DNA of 64,000 bases from the human T2T-CHM13v2.0 reference genome, Homo sapiens: NCBI RefSeq assembly GCF_009914755.1, contig NC_060947.1, one strand, 5' to 3'. Every line of letters starts with the position of its first letter. Positions within the stretch are counted from its first letter, which is position 1. The notes beneath the pieces are model-generated. The model saw only the letters and a list, made by a program, of their open reading frames with translations. It had not been told where the DNA came from and did not search any database. Below are positions 41,228-54,030 of this stretch, piece by piece. The translations under genes and the position numbers were made by a program.

Positions 41228-44209
41228 CCTGTCCCTGTGCTGAGCCACCTGGAACTGATGGTGTAGTAATGCAAGCACCTCTGTGGCCATCACCACTAGG
41301 ACTGTGCTGAGTCAGATCTGAACCTAACCCAGCACTGGGTTTTTCCTGAGGTCCTCCCCTTTATGGTGGCAAGATCCTCCAGGCCCTGGGCATGTCCAGA
41401 GATGCTGTTTAGGAGCCAGGAATTGGAGTCAAAACCTCAGCAATTTACCTGATGTTCTATTGTACTACAACGAAGCTGGCGCTCAAACCACAATACAAAG
41501 TCCTTCCTGCTTTTCTTTCACCTTTCCACAGGCAGAGGAGCCTCTCCCTGTGGCCACCACCACCACCAGTCCAAAGGGATTCTGATAGCCCACACCAATG
41601 TTCAATTAAGGAGCAAAGTCTTCTCTGTCAGCTTATGGTAAATGCTGTCAAGTCTGGCACTCATCCTTCAGGGCAGTGGGCTCCTCTCTGGACCAGGGCA
41701 GATCCATAAATGCTGTTTAAGTGCCTAGGCCTAACTCAGAGACCCTAAGGGCCTATTTGTTGCTCTTCCCTCTTATGGCTGGGCTGGTACCTAAGGTACA
41801 AATCAAACTCCCCTTTACTTTTCCTTCTGCTTTTCTCAAATAGAAATATTCTGTCACCATATCCAGCATAACTGGGAATGTGCTGGATCACACATGAAGT
41901 CAGCATGTCTCAGAGTCTCACCCAAGGCCCACAGCATCCTCCCTAGGTGTTGCTGCTGTTTATTCAGGGCCCAAGGGCTCTTTAGTAAGCTGATTATGAA
42001 TCCTTCCAGGACTGGGTACTTCTCTTCAAGGCAGCCAGTTCCCTTTTAGTCCATAGTGCATCTATAAGTGTTATCCAGGACCTGAGTCCTGGCACAGGGG
42101 CCTTTATGACTCTGCTCAGTGTCCTGCTCTACTATGGCTGAGCTGGTCTCCAGGATGCAAGACAAATTTCTCTTTACTCTTTGCTCTCCTCTCTTTAAGC
42201 AAATGAAAGGAGTCACTTTCATTTTTGTGAGCTGCACTGCCTGAGGTGGGGGAGGGCTCCACAGGCACTCCCTTAGCCACCCCAGAGTGTGTCTCCCTAG
42301 GTCACATGACACCCTAGTCCACTGGCTCTAAGACCCACCTAGCACTAGGGTTTGCCTCGGAGTTGCTGTATTTGTGTCTTAGATTGCCTATCAAGTTTAC
42401 CTAGGACCCCAGGGCACTTCGGCCCACAGTGGCAAGGCTTGCACAGAAACTCAAGTTCCAAACGCTGGGATCGGCAATTCCTCTCTGACTATGGCTGGTT
42501 CAAATGTTCCCTCCATGCACAGGTGCTAGCTGAGCCCATTGAGGCTTTGCTCTCCACTGTAACAGGACAACACTGAGTTCAATGTGAAGTCCCCCAGTCA
42601 CTGTGCTCTCCCTCCCATAAGTACACAGTTTCTCTCTCCGCACCACACAGCTGCTGCTGGGGGATGAGGGAAGCGTGGGAATGGCAATACAAGACTGTGT
42701 CTCCTGCCTTCCTCAATACCTCTTTCTCTGATATGAAGTTAAAATCAGGTACTGTGATTGCTCATCTGCCTTTTGGTTCTTGTGGCGATGCTTTTCTGTG
42801 TGCAGATAGTTTTTTAAATTTAGTGTTCCAGCAGTGGGCATGAACAGTGCAGGCTTCTATTTCACCATCTTGCTCCACCACCCTAAGATTTGTCTTCTAT
42901 TTAAGACAGAGAAAAAATCGGAAAATATATTGTACTTATGGTCCCTACCCGTGGAGAATTTACACACATGACACATACATTAAAGAGTTACGTAAGGTGG
43001 TTTGATAAAGCAAAACATTCAATAGTCATTCATTCAATAGGTTTCCATTAATGTACATAGTATAGTATGCATTTACACGTATACACAAATAATATACATA
43101 TGTATAGTATCAAGTGTTTTCTGGAAAACAAATGAGCGTGAGGCTTCTGGAGGGCAGTCAGTACATATCTCAAGCTTTAGGTCCAGTTCTTTGTCTTCTA
43201 CCATTTTATTCTAGAATTTATGGTGTTTTCTTTTAAAACATATTCCTCTAATTTGGTATCTCTAGTAATAACTCCTCTTATTTTATGATGGCTAGAAGGT
43301 GCATACTTGGCTATTAAATAGCAGCAGACTAATTAAATTCCATTTTGATTTGCAAAGATGAGACTAATAATTTTTCTTGTCAGTTTTTTGGAGGTAGTCT
43401 CTTACATCTGTTATTTACATAAAAATAATAGCAATTTGATGGTGGTTGAGAGAGCTATAAGATTAGTTAAGGGACTAGGAAGGGCTTGAGAAAATTGGGG
43501 ATATGTGAATTCATAAATTTAAGGCCAAATGAGTTTTCAATGAACAGTGATGCTCTTCTAAATTGACTACATTTACTATCATGCTTGAGTATTATCTAAA
43601 ACTCCATAATATTAATATTTCAAGAAATTGACTGTCATCTGAATATCTTCATTTAAAAAACTGGCCTCATCGTGTAGCCAAAAATAGTTTCTGATTTTTA
43701 TTTCCCACCAATCCATTTGACATTTTTATTACTTCTTGGATTTGACACCAGCATACAAATAGCAGAAGCACATATTATAATATTTAGTTATTTCCAAATT
43801 TCAGAACTCCATAAGTGCACAAAATAAAAATTTCATAAACTAAGAAACATAAATTTGCTTCTAGAATGACTCAGCATATCTCTATAAAATAAATGCAAAA
43901 ATCATATTCATTTCCACTGAAAATAACAGCCCATATATGTCAAAATATTGTCAGAGATCATTACAAAAATACTAAGATACTGTTTTGGCTTTTCTCTCAC
44001 TTTTAATCTAATAGGTTGTCTGTGGATAGCAATTGGTTTAATGAATGAATGCCAGGTAATCTTTCAGGCTCATTCAAAATATCAGAACAAGATGTCCTTA
44101 TTCCATAATATCTACTTTCTTTGGAAGTTCATGTCAAACATTGCTTCAATGAAGATTTTTCTCATATCTGTTCTTCCCTCTCCCTTTCCAGAGAGAATCC
44201 ATCACCCTG

Positions 44210-44390
44210 TCTTTATTTGTATCAGCCACTGTCCCATGTATGACTTTCTATTTGAACACCTTAAAATGTGACTACACTTATTTGTTACATATCTATCTCC
44301 CTAACCCTAGACTTTGAGCTCTGCTCATTGAGGAGAATGATGGTATCTCACCCCTTTGTCTCCCTAGTATGTAACACTGAGCATGAGAAT
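44210..44390 (+). mobile_element. L2 3' fragment
   Basis: tatttgttacatatctatctccc...ctagactttgagctc...tttgtctccctagt. Confidence 0.55.
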
Positions 44391-44419
44391 TTGATTGTAT
44401 TAACAGTCATAAATTTTGA

Positions 44420-44870
44420 TCCTTCTCAGTATCCATACCCTTTACCTGTCAACCTCTAGTATTCTTCAACTCTAATTCTGAGCTTGGCCATATGACTAGG
44501 TATGGCCAATAAGATGTTAGCAAATGTGATGCAAATATGGGCTTGAAATGTGCTTGTGTGATTGGCCAGCTTGTTCTTGCATTCTTCCATTACTATGAGA
44601 ACATGCCCATGTTAATCTGCTGGAGATAGAGAGACACAAGGTCATTTCAGTTTTTCTAGATGAGCTCACCCTAAATAACCTAAGAACCAGTCAACTCCCA
44701 TCCATGTGAACAAATCTAGCTGAAGCCAGTAGACCACCCAGCCAATTCAGCAAAGATTGGTACAACTGCTACTAAGACACCCTAGTTTCATAAAAATCAC
44801 TTCTTGTTGCTTTGCATAAATTAAGTTTTGGTGTTAATACTTGCAATTGTTTTGTCATTAGATAGTTGAT
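44420..44870 (+). mobile_element. MLT1I/J-type LTR
   Basis: gagcttggccatatgact...tggccaataagatgttagcaaatgtgatg...gcttgaaatgtgcttgtgtgattgg. Confidence 0.7.
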
Positions 44871-45109
44871 GCAAAGGGAATAGCACATAGTATGTGCTTA
44901 ATAATTGAAGTATGAGTGATGTTTCTAGGTGGCACAAGGAAAAGGGAAAATGATAAATGGAAAGGCAAACACAAAAGATATGCTTGCCTTCTAAAACCCT
45001 TTCACTTAAAACTCCCAAATATAAAATTCAAAAATATTAAAATAGTCTATATAAGATAAAGACAAAAATTATTCTTGGCTTTCAGCCACTGGGCCTGGAA
45101 AAAATGAAA

Positions 45110-45270
45110 CATATTAATTGATCACCTATTATGCCACAGCCATTTTTACATCAGTTATTTCATTTAATTATCATGTCAAGCCAGCAAGGTAGGAATTGTC
45201 TCCACTTGAGAATGAGAAAACTAAGACTCAGTCACGTAACTTAGTGAAGGTTATCAATTTAGAAAGTTGT
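45110..45270 (-). mobile_element. MIR
   Basis: atttcatttaatt...aaggtagga...atgagaaaactaagactcag...gtaactt. Confidence 0.6.
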
Positions 45271-45449
45271 AGATTTAGTAAGAGAAGGCTATTTAGAAAG
45301 TGTATTTAAGAGATGGGGAGAGAGGCACAGAAAGAATGGAGTTAGAATTCCTCACACAAAATGAGGATTAATATAAATATTTATTAAGCACCTACCCTGT
45401 ATCAAATACCTTACTAGGCACTGAAATATAATAAACATTGAAAAATCAT

Positions 45450-46045
45450 ATTATTTCAAAGTAGACTCAAATAAAACAAAGATGTATATTGTAAGTGCTA
45501 CAGCCACCATTAATAAAGAGGTATAGTGAATAAGCAAATAGAGGAGACAAAATAAAATCAATTTTTGAAATCTCTAGTTACACAAAGGAAGGTAATAAAA
45601 TAAGGGGTATCCACATTTGTAATATAAACGCAGCCACCTTTGTAATATAAATGGTTAAACTTTCTAATTAAAAGACATAGATTTATAAATTGGATAAAAA
45701 ACCTGAGTCTTACCTATATGATATCTACAATAAATTTTAGAGATAATGGCAGAGAATAAAAGTAAATGGACAGAAAAAAATGTATCATGCAAACACTGAT
45801 AGCTAGAGTACCATACTAACATCAGACAAAGTAGACTTCAGAAGAAGGAGTACTACCAGGAATGTAGATGGACATTTTATAAGAAGTAAAAAATTAATTC
45901 ATCAAAGAGACATAAAAACCCTAAATGTACATGTATCTAGTAACAGAATGTTAACATACACAAAACAAAGCTGATCAAAGTGAAGGGGGAAATGGGCAGC
46001 TCCACAATCACAGTTGATTTCAACACTCCCACATCAGTAATTGAG
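45450..46045 (+). mobile_element. Old L1M fragment (spacer and ORF2 EN start)
   Basis: ctaattaaaagacatagatt; tatcatgcaaacact; atcagacaaagtagacttca; gatttcaacactccc (DFNTP motif in ORF 45980-46207). Confidence 0.8.
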
Positions 46046-46087
46046 GTAATTTGCAAGGAAACAAAATTGAGTTGTTATTGGTTGTTT

Positions 46088-46091
<4 letters not shown>

Positions 46092-46136
<45 letters not shown>
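46092..46136. repeat. (TA)n microsatellite with one interruption
   Basis: Read directly. Confidence 0.95.
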
Positions 46137-46659
46137 TTGTATTTATATTGGATACTTATCAATATAGACAGGAGAACAATGAAAAATTAGTGCCCCCTTC
46201 CTTTTGAACTCCGGTTTGTTCTGTCACTCTCTACTTTGTTGTGAAGTCAATTATTTAAGCAAAAAGGACAGCTGCAGCATATCAGTAAGAAATACTAAAT
46301 ATTTTTATTTAATATTATTTAGTATTATTACCTGCCAGACTTTGACTACATACCACAAACACAATCTCTTAAAAAGCTTAAACTAAATAAGTTAATGCAG
46401 TCAAAAATTGTACCTTCAAAAATCCCATTTTTTTCTTTTCGCTATCTTATTGATCTTTGTTGAAAGTAATAACATCTGTATATGTATTCTTAGCCAGGGA
46501 TCACTTTATTGAAGTTTATTGTCTTGAAATAGTAAATAGCACTGGCATTGTTTTACTAAACTGGTGCACATTTTCAGTATTGTTTTGCTAAACGGGTATA
46601 TATTTTTGTAGAATCTTTGGTCTAATATTTTATGTTAAATATTGAACAAATATTTGGGC

Positions 46660-46805
46660 CATGAGTTGACAAACTGTAACCTGCTAGCCAAATTTGGCTT
46701 ACTGCTTGTTGCTTCCAGTCTGCGATGGCAGAGTTAATTAGTTGCAACAGAAACCTATGGCCAAAAATGACTTATCTGAAACAGAAAAAAATTTGTCTGT
46801 CTCTG
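46660..46805 (+). mobile_element. MER58A, internally deleted
   Basis: gttgacaaact...gccaaatttggc...|...ggcagagttaattagttgcaacagaaacctatggcc...acagaaaaaaatttg. Confidence 0.65.
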
Positions 46806-48013
46806 ATCTAAGTTGTGAAAGTTTAATCAAGATGTTAATATAAATATGTCTAATTAACAAAGGAATATTATGTCTATAAATATAGAAATTTAAGTAGAAC
46901 CTTAGAACAAAGTACATATGAATATGAAATCCTTATTTTCTGTAAATGTATTAATTATGAATTTTCAAGTACATGCACACAGACACACACATTTGCGCAC
47001 ATGCATCTGGAAATCTTATGAAGATAATTCATAGTTTCTGTATTCAATTTATAATATCCAGCTATCGTTTCATGAAAACAGGAAGTAGCCTTTAAAACTG
47101 GTAATGGGGTAGTTGATTATATATACATAAATTTATACTGCATACAAATTATATATAATTGATTATATATATGTATATAATTTCACACATCAGGGCTTTA
47201 GTCTTAGATAGCTTTCCCACAAGCTTGAGGCTCTACCCTCCATCTTGATTGGTTCTCTCCACTTGCTTAACTGATGTGCAGAAAAAAATGAATACCTGGC
47301 AAAGAAGGAAAATGTTTGATCTTAGAACATGAGTCATTTAATCAATAAATATGCACAAGAACAGATTGGTAACGTCACTTGAATTATTGTATACAAGTCT
47401 TAGAGAGAGAAAATCTTACCAAACCTTTATGGAAGCTTCTGATCTTAAGAAAATGAAGAGCCCAGGTGTACTTGGAAATTCTGTAGATCCACTTTAATCT
47501 TGGCATGATGAATTTTATCACTCCAAGGAGCCTTCAGTCTGTATCTTCAAGCAAATTATATCAGCAGATACTTTCTCTTACTTTGTTTCTCACTCATTCA
47601 TTTAGTTAAGTCCCTTTTTAATTTCTAGCATGCAGAGGATGGCATGGTATCTTCTAGGATTGCAAGGCAACAACTTTTTCCTTCTCTGTCACAGAAAACA
47701 GCTGCTTATAGATATGGCTTCTCTTTATGATAATTTGTTTTGTCCCATCTACAGAAAAAAAAAGTTATTTCTTGGCAGGAAAATAGAAATTTTTGCAATA
47801 TCATAAACTGCACAATTCTAATTACAATTCGAAGATAGTAAATGAATTTGTGTATTAAGTGTATATAACTTATGAACAATATTTATCCTCAAACTTCAGA
47901 GATGGCATAACATAAAAAAATCCATATTAGCAAATTACAGAAAAAATAAAAAAATCTAATTGTCATTCTTTAACAGATATAGAAAAAGTAATTAATACAT
48001 CTCAACATACCTA

Positions 48014-48648
48014 ATTTTTAAAATTTTTCTTCAACTTTTATTTTAGCTTCAAGGGCACATGTTCAGGTTTATACATGTGTAAATTGCATGTCACTGGGAT
48101 TTGGTATATAAATGATTTCATCACCCAGGTAGTAAACAAAGTAGTTTACTACCAATAGGTAGTTTTTTGAATCTCATACTGCTCTCACCCTCCCCACACA
48201 AGTAGACCCTGGTGTCTATTGTACCCTGTTTTGTATCCATGCGTACTCAATGTTTAGGTCCCACTTATATGTGAGAACATGTGGTATTTGATCTTCTGTT
48301 CCTGTGTTAGTTTCCTTAGGATAATGACCTCCAGCTTCACCCATGTTGCTGCAAAGGACACTATTTCATTTTTTTGGGGTGTGTAGTATTTCATTATGTA
48401 TATGTATCACATTTATCCAGTCCAACATTGATGGGTACCTAGGTTGATTCCATGTCTTTGCTATTGTGAATAGTGTTGCAGTGAACATACAGGTGCATGT
48501 GTCTTTTTGGTAGTATGATTTATTTTCTTTTGAGTGTAGTCCCAATAATGGGATTGCTCGGTCAAATGGTAGTTCTGTTTTAAGTTCTTTGAGAAATCTC
48601 CACACTACTTTTCACAGTGGCTGAACTAATTTATATTTCTACCAGTAG
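48014..48648 (-). mobile_element. 5'-truncated L1PA15/16-like 3' end
   Basis: caacttttattttag...gtaaattgcatgtcactggg...tcacccaggtagt...ataggtagtttttt; ORF 48366-48605 is the ORF2 C-terminus; degenerate TSD tcaaca(t/a)ac. Confidence 0.88.
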
Positions 48649-48906
48649 TCAACAAACATTCTTGATATTAAGATAAATAACCTCTTCTTAGCAAACTAAG
48701 AAGTGAATCCCATAGCTTGATAAAATAGTATTAACATATAAAGCCAGAGCAAACATTATCCTTAACATAAAATACAATACATTTGAATTGCTATAGAAAT
48801 AAGATAAAGATTCCAACTATTACTGCTACTAATTCAACATCATTATTGAATTGCTACCCATTGCAATAAGACAAGAAAATTTGATTTATTTTAAATATTG
48901 GAAAGC

Positions 48907-49379
48907 CTATTAGGTTTTATTGGTTTCAGATAACAAAAACCACAGCTAATAAACACAATGGTATTGATAAATCATGGGAAAGCTGAAGAAACAGAATCTA
49001 CCAAGAGTGACTCCTAAAACCACATCAAACAATTGGGTCACCAAGAGAGCTATTGTCTCTGTCATCAGGAAGCTGTCATATCAGGAAGTTGCCTGCTAAT
49101 GAGAAAGCCTCTGAACTTTATGCTCCCTTAGAGCCATGTTACCTTTGCTATAACATGTGCCAGAAAAAAAATGAATGATTTGCATCTGCCTCTCTCACCA
49201 CATAACTTATTTCCAAATAAAAGTTGGGTTTGAGTGTATATGACTGATTGAAACTAAATCGTATCCAAAACCATTAGCTAAAAGAGATTCTGGGAAATAC
49301 AGTTTTTAGATTTCATCCTCTGAAGCTAAAAGCGGGATCAAATACATGTTGAACAAGCCAACCCATGGTATGCACCACA
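48907..49379 (-). mobile_element. Old MLT1 (K/L/M-type) LTR
   Basis: tattagg...ttggtttcagataacaaaaacc start; ...agagattctgggaaatacagttttt...ccaca end. Confidence 0.45.
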
Positions 49380-49962
49380 TCAAGGAAGGACAACGTTGCC
49401 ATTCTTCATAGACCATATGTTGGTCAACATAGAAAATCCAAAAGATGCAACTAAAAATCCAGTAAAATAGCTGTAACCATTCACAAACTAGATTGATACA
49501 ATATATACAACAATTCCTGACAATCTTGTATACCAAATTAACTAATTGGAAAATAAAATACAAGTGTCATATTTATAATTGCAACAAAATTCATAACATC
49601 AAGGAAAAATTTTAAAGTATGTCCAAGACCAGATAACAATGTTATAAAAATGTACTTTAAAAAGAACAAAACTAGGGCATCGCACTACCCAACTTCAAAT
49701 TATGCTATAAGGTTACAATAACCAAAACAGCTTGTTACTAGTACAAAAACAGACACATAGACCAATGGAAGAGTCTGAACCCAGAAATAAGGCCACACAC
49801 CTACAACCATGTGGTCCTCAACAAAGTGTATTGCAATGGGGAAAGAACTTTCTAGGTAATAAATAGTGCCGGGATAACTGGCTAGCTATATGCAGAAGAA
49901 TGCAATTGTAACCTCACCTTTCAACATATATGAACATTAATTCAAGATGGATTAAATATTTA

Positions 49963-50036
49963 TTTCTATATTTATTTACTTCTAACTTTTTTATTCTTAA
50001 TTCTTTGGGATTCATAGTAGGTGTATATTTATGGAG
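49963..50036 (-). mobile_element. Ultra-short L1MA1-3 insertion (last ~35 nt plus tail)
   Basis: T-rich tail then GGGATTCATAGTAGGTGTATATTTATGGAG; TSD TTAAA(T/G)ATTTA (49952-49962 / 50037-50047). Confidence 0.8.
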
Positions 50037-50048
50037 TTAAAGATTTAA

Positions 50049-50364
<316 letters not shown>

Positions 50365-51173
50365 TCAAGCTATAAAAATGCTAGAAGAAACCTGGGAAAT
50401 ACCCTTGTTGACATTGGTCTTGGCAGAGAATTTTTGGCTAAGTCCCCAAAAACAATTGCAACAAAAACAAAAATTGACTAGTGGGATCTAAATAAACTAA
50501 AGAGCTTCTGCACAGCACAAAAGCTATCACTAGAGTAAACAGACCACTTACAAAATGGGAGAAAATATTCACAAATTATAAATTCGACAGAGGTCTAATA
50601 TTCAGAATCTGTAAGGACCTTAAACAAATCAACAAGAAACAAACAAATAATTCGATTTCAAAGTGGGCAAAGGACATGAACAGAGGCTTATCAAAAAAAA
50701 AGACATATAAGTGGCAAACAAACAGGAAAAAATACTCCATATCACTAGTCATCAGAGAAAAACAAATCAAAACCACAGTAAGATATCATATCACACCAGT
50801 TAGCATGTCTATTATTTAAAAGTCAAAAAACATCAGATGCTGGTGAGGCTGCAGAGATAAAGGAACGTTTATCCACTGTTAGTGGGAATATAAATTAGTT
50901 CAGCAACTGTGGAAAGCAGTTGGAGATTTCTCAAAGAACTTAAAACAGCAATTTAACCCACCAATCCCATTACTGAGGTTATATCTAAAGGAAAACAGAT
51001 TATTCTACCCAAAGACATATGCACTTGTATGCTCATCACCACTCTATTCACAATAGCAAAGACACAGAATTAACCTAAGTGTTCATCAATAGTTGATTGG
51101 ATAAAGAAAATATGGTGCATATACACTATGGAATACTACACAGCTATAAAAAAGAACAAAATCATGCCCTTTT

Positions 51174-51595
51174 AAAAATTATACTTTAAGTTCTGGGGTA
51201 CATATGCAGAACATGCAGATTTGTTACATAGGTATCCATGTGCCATGGTGGTTTGCTGCACCCATCAACCCATCGTCTACACTAGGCATTTCTCCCAGTG
51301 CTATCCCTCCCCTAGCCCCCCACCCCCTGATAGGCTCCAGTGTGCGATATTCCCCTGCCTGTGTCCATGCGTTCTCACTCCCACTTATGAGTGAGAACAT
51401 GGGGTGTTTGGTTTTTCTGTTCCTTCCTGTGTTGGCCTCCAGCTTCATCCATGTCCCTGCAAAGGACATGAACTCATCTTTTTTATGGCTGTATAGTATT
51501 CCATGGTGTATATGTGCTATACCCACAGGATTATAAATCATTCTACTGTAAAGACACATGCACACGTATGTTTATTGCGGCACTATTCACAATAG
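51174..51595 (-). mobile_element. L1PA7/8 3' end with 5' inversion (twin priming)
   Basis: Minus-strand piece 51174-51517 and plus-strand piece 51518-51599; TSD CAAAATCATG(C/T)CCTTTT (51157-51173 / 51596-51612). Confidence 0.92.
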
Positions 51596-53679
51596 CAAAA
51601 TCATGTCCTTTTGCAGCAACATGGATATAGCAGGGGGCCACAACCCTAAGCAAACTAACACAGGAACAGAAAACCAAATACTGTGTATTCTCACTTGTTA
51701 AGTATGAGCACACATGGACAGAAATATGGGAACAACATATATGGCAGACTACTAGAGGGAGGAGTGGGGAGGGATGAGGGAAACATGGGTTGAAAAGCTA
51801 CCTATTGGGTACTGTGCTTACTACCAGGGGATGGAATCCATACCGCAAACCTTAGGCTCATACAATATACCCATGTAACAAACCTCCACATTTACCTTCT
51901 GCATCTAAAATAGAAGTTGAAATTAAAAGGAAAATGTGCTCAATAAAGTATTAAATAGATGTATAGTAAATTTTCTTGGAAGCAATTTCTTAGCATCAAG
52001 ATCATCTCTACTTCTTAATATAATAAACACAATGCATTTGAATCAAAATATTACAAGGATTTTATGGTATTTGATAATTTGATGTGAATATTACTGGGAA
52101 AAAATGCACTAGAATGGCTCAGATATATAAAAAAAGAATTGGTAGGGGAACTTGTGCCAACAGATTTTAAACATGCTCTGATGCTGTAATAATTACAATG
52201 GTGCAGTATAGCAAGAGGCCACAGGGATAGACAAATATACAATAAAAAAGTTATGGAGTCTAGAAAAAATCAATTTATTTAAGGGATTTAATACATGATT
52301 AACGTGGCATTTCAAATCAGCAGGGAAAAGATGAGCTCTTCAATGAAAGGTACTTGGGTGTTTATAGATAACTGCTTGGCCATAAAAAGGAAAAACTTAG
52401 ATACAGCTGTCACACTAGAATTAGAAATAATTTTAAGATGTAATAAGAAGTTTAGCATAAAGAAACATTTTATAAGTGTTAAAAGAAAATCATGGAAGTA
52501 CTTTTTGCAATGAAGAGCAAGATACAAAATTTTGAAGTTATAAAAGAAAAATATGGATGGATAATACTGCAAAAAAATTAAACATCTAAACTCCAAAAGA
52601 TATCATATAGTTTTAAAGAAGTGATAAACTGGGCAAAAATGTTTATGTTTTATATAAGAAAAATGTTTGAAATCAAGAATAAAGAAAGTACTATAAATAT
52701 GAGAAGTGGAGGTGGGAGATTGGGAGGAAGCCAAACAACCAAATATAAATTAATAGACAGAGGATATCAATAGATAGTTCACACAAAAAGACATACAAAT
52801 TGCCAATAAACATATGAAAATACATAAGATAAATTTTCATTTTACCTTTTGAAAATTCAGAAAATACAAATTAAAACAACGATGACATATTTTTCCTATG
52901 AGAGAAACAAAAAGAGAAAAGGTGTAAGAGACAGAAAGAGCAAGAGAGAATGTCTAGTGTTCTAGCATTGGTAAGAATGTGACGAACCAAATTCTATCAT
53001 ACACAGTTGAAAGGAGTACAAATTGGAACAACCTTTTGAAGGAAAATTTTACAGTATCTACCCAAATTTTAAAAGTGCATGCTTTTCAATCCAGCAATTC
53101 CTTTTCTAGGACTGTGTTCCAGTTAAATATTCATTTGCATATATTCACAAAGAGCCATTTACACAGATTTTCATTGAAGCATTGTTTATAGGGGAACAAA
53201 ATGGAGACAAGTTAAAAGTCCATGATTATGGACACAGTTAAATATAGTCATGTGCAATTATATTACAGATAATTATGCAATATTTTAACATAAGAGTGAG
53301 ATGGATCTCTGTGTACTGACATGGAATGATCTCCAAGGCATATCAGCAAGGAACAAAGCTAGTTGTAGAATAACACATCAAGTATGATCACACAGCCACA
53401 TACATGTACATGCATACATATACAAAAGGGGAAATGATAGCAGTGGTTATTTTCAGGAGGCCAGGTTATTGGCATTGATGCTGGAGTGAAAGGAGGACAC
53501 ATTACAATGTTTTTCTGATATCTTTCTGTGATATGTGACACATTTACTTATTCATTCATTCATTTATTACTTGTGTCATCTAAAAATTTAACTTTAAATT
53601 TGCAAGCTGTTGTGTGTCAGCATTTTCCCATACCTCCAAATTATTTCCTACAATTATAGCTAAAATTTCAATAACATTA

Positions 53680-54030
53680 TTATAATTATTATTGTCATTA
53701 TAAGTAATCTATATTGAGCCTTACTGCATTAAGCCAAATACTGTGCTAAATGCCTCATTTGCATTATGTTTTCAATTTTTTCAAGGACCACCTCAGTTGA
53801 ATTCCATTATTGTGTGCCAGGCACTTGCTAAAGTGTTTCACTAATTATATTTCTTTCATTTATTTTTCCAACAATCCAAGGATTTGGCTACTATTATTCT
53901 CATTTTCACGTCAGGACACAGAAGTTTTGTAAACTTAAATAAATTTCCCAAAGTGCCAAACTCCTCAGTGGTAGGACCCAGGATTCGAAGCTAGGTTGTC
54001 TAATGCCAGAAACCACACTGTTAGCCACCA
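53680..54030 (-). mobile_element. MIR (two adjacent pieces)
   Basis: tattgagccttact...tactgtgctaaatgc; tgtgtgccaggcact...tattattctcatttt...ccaggattcgaagctagg. Confidence 0.7.

Noticed and set aside
43948-44459. Adjacent 107-aa and 63-aa ORFs
   Set aside because: Non-ATG starts, AT-rich composition, partial overlap with L2, no recognisable domain or splice signals.
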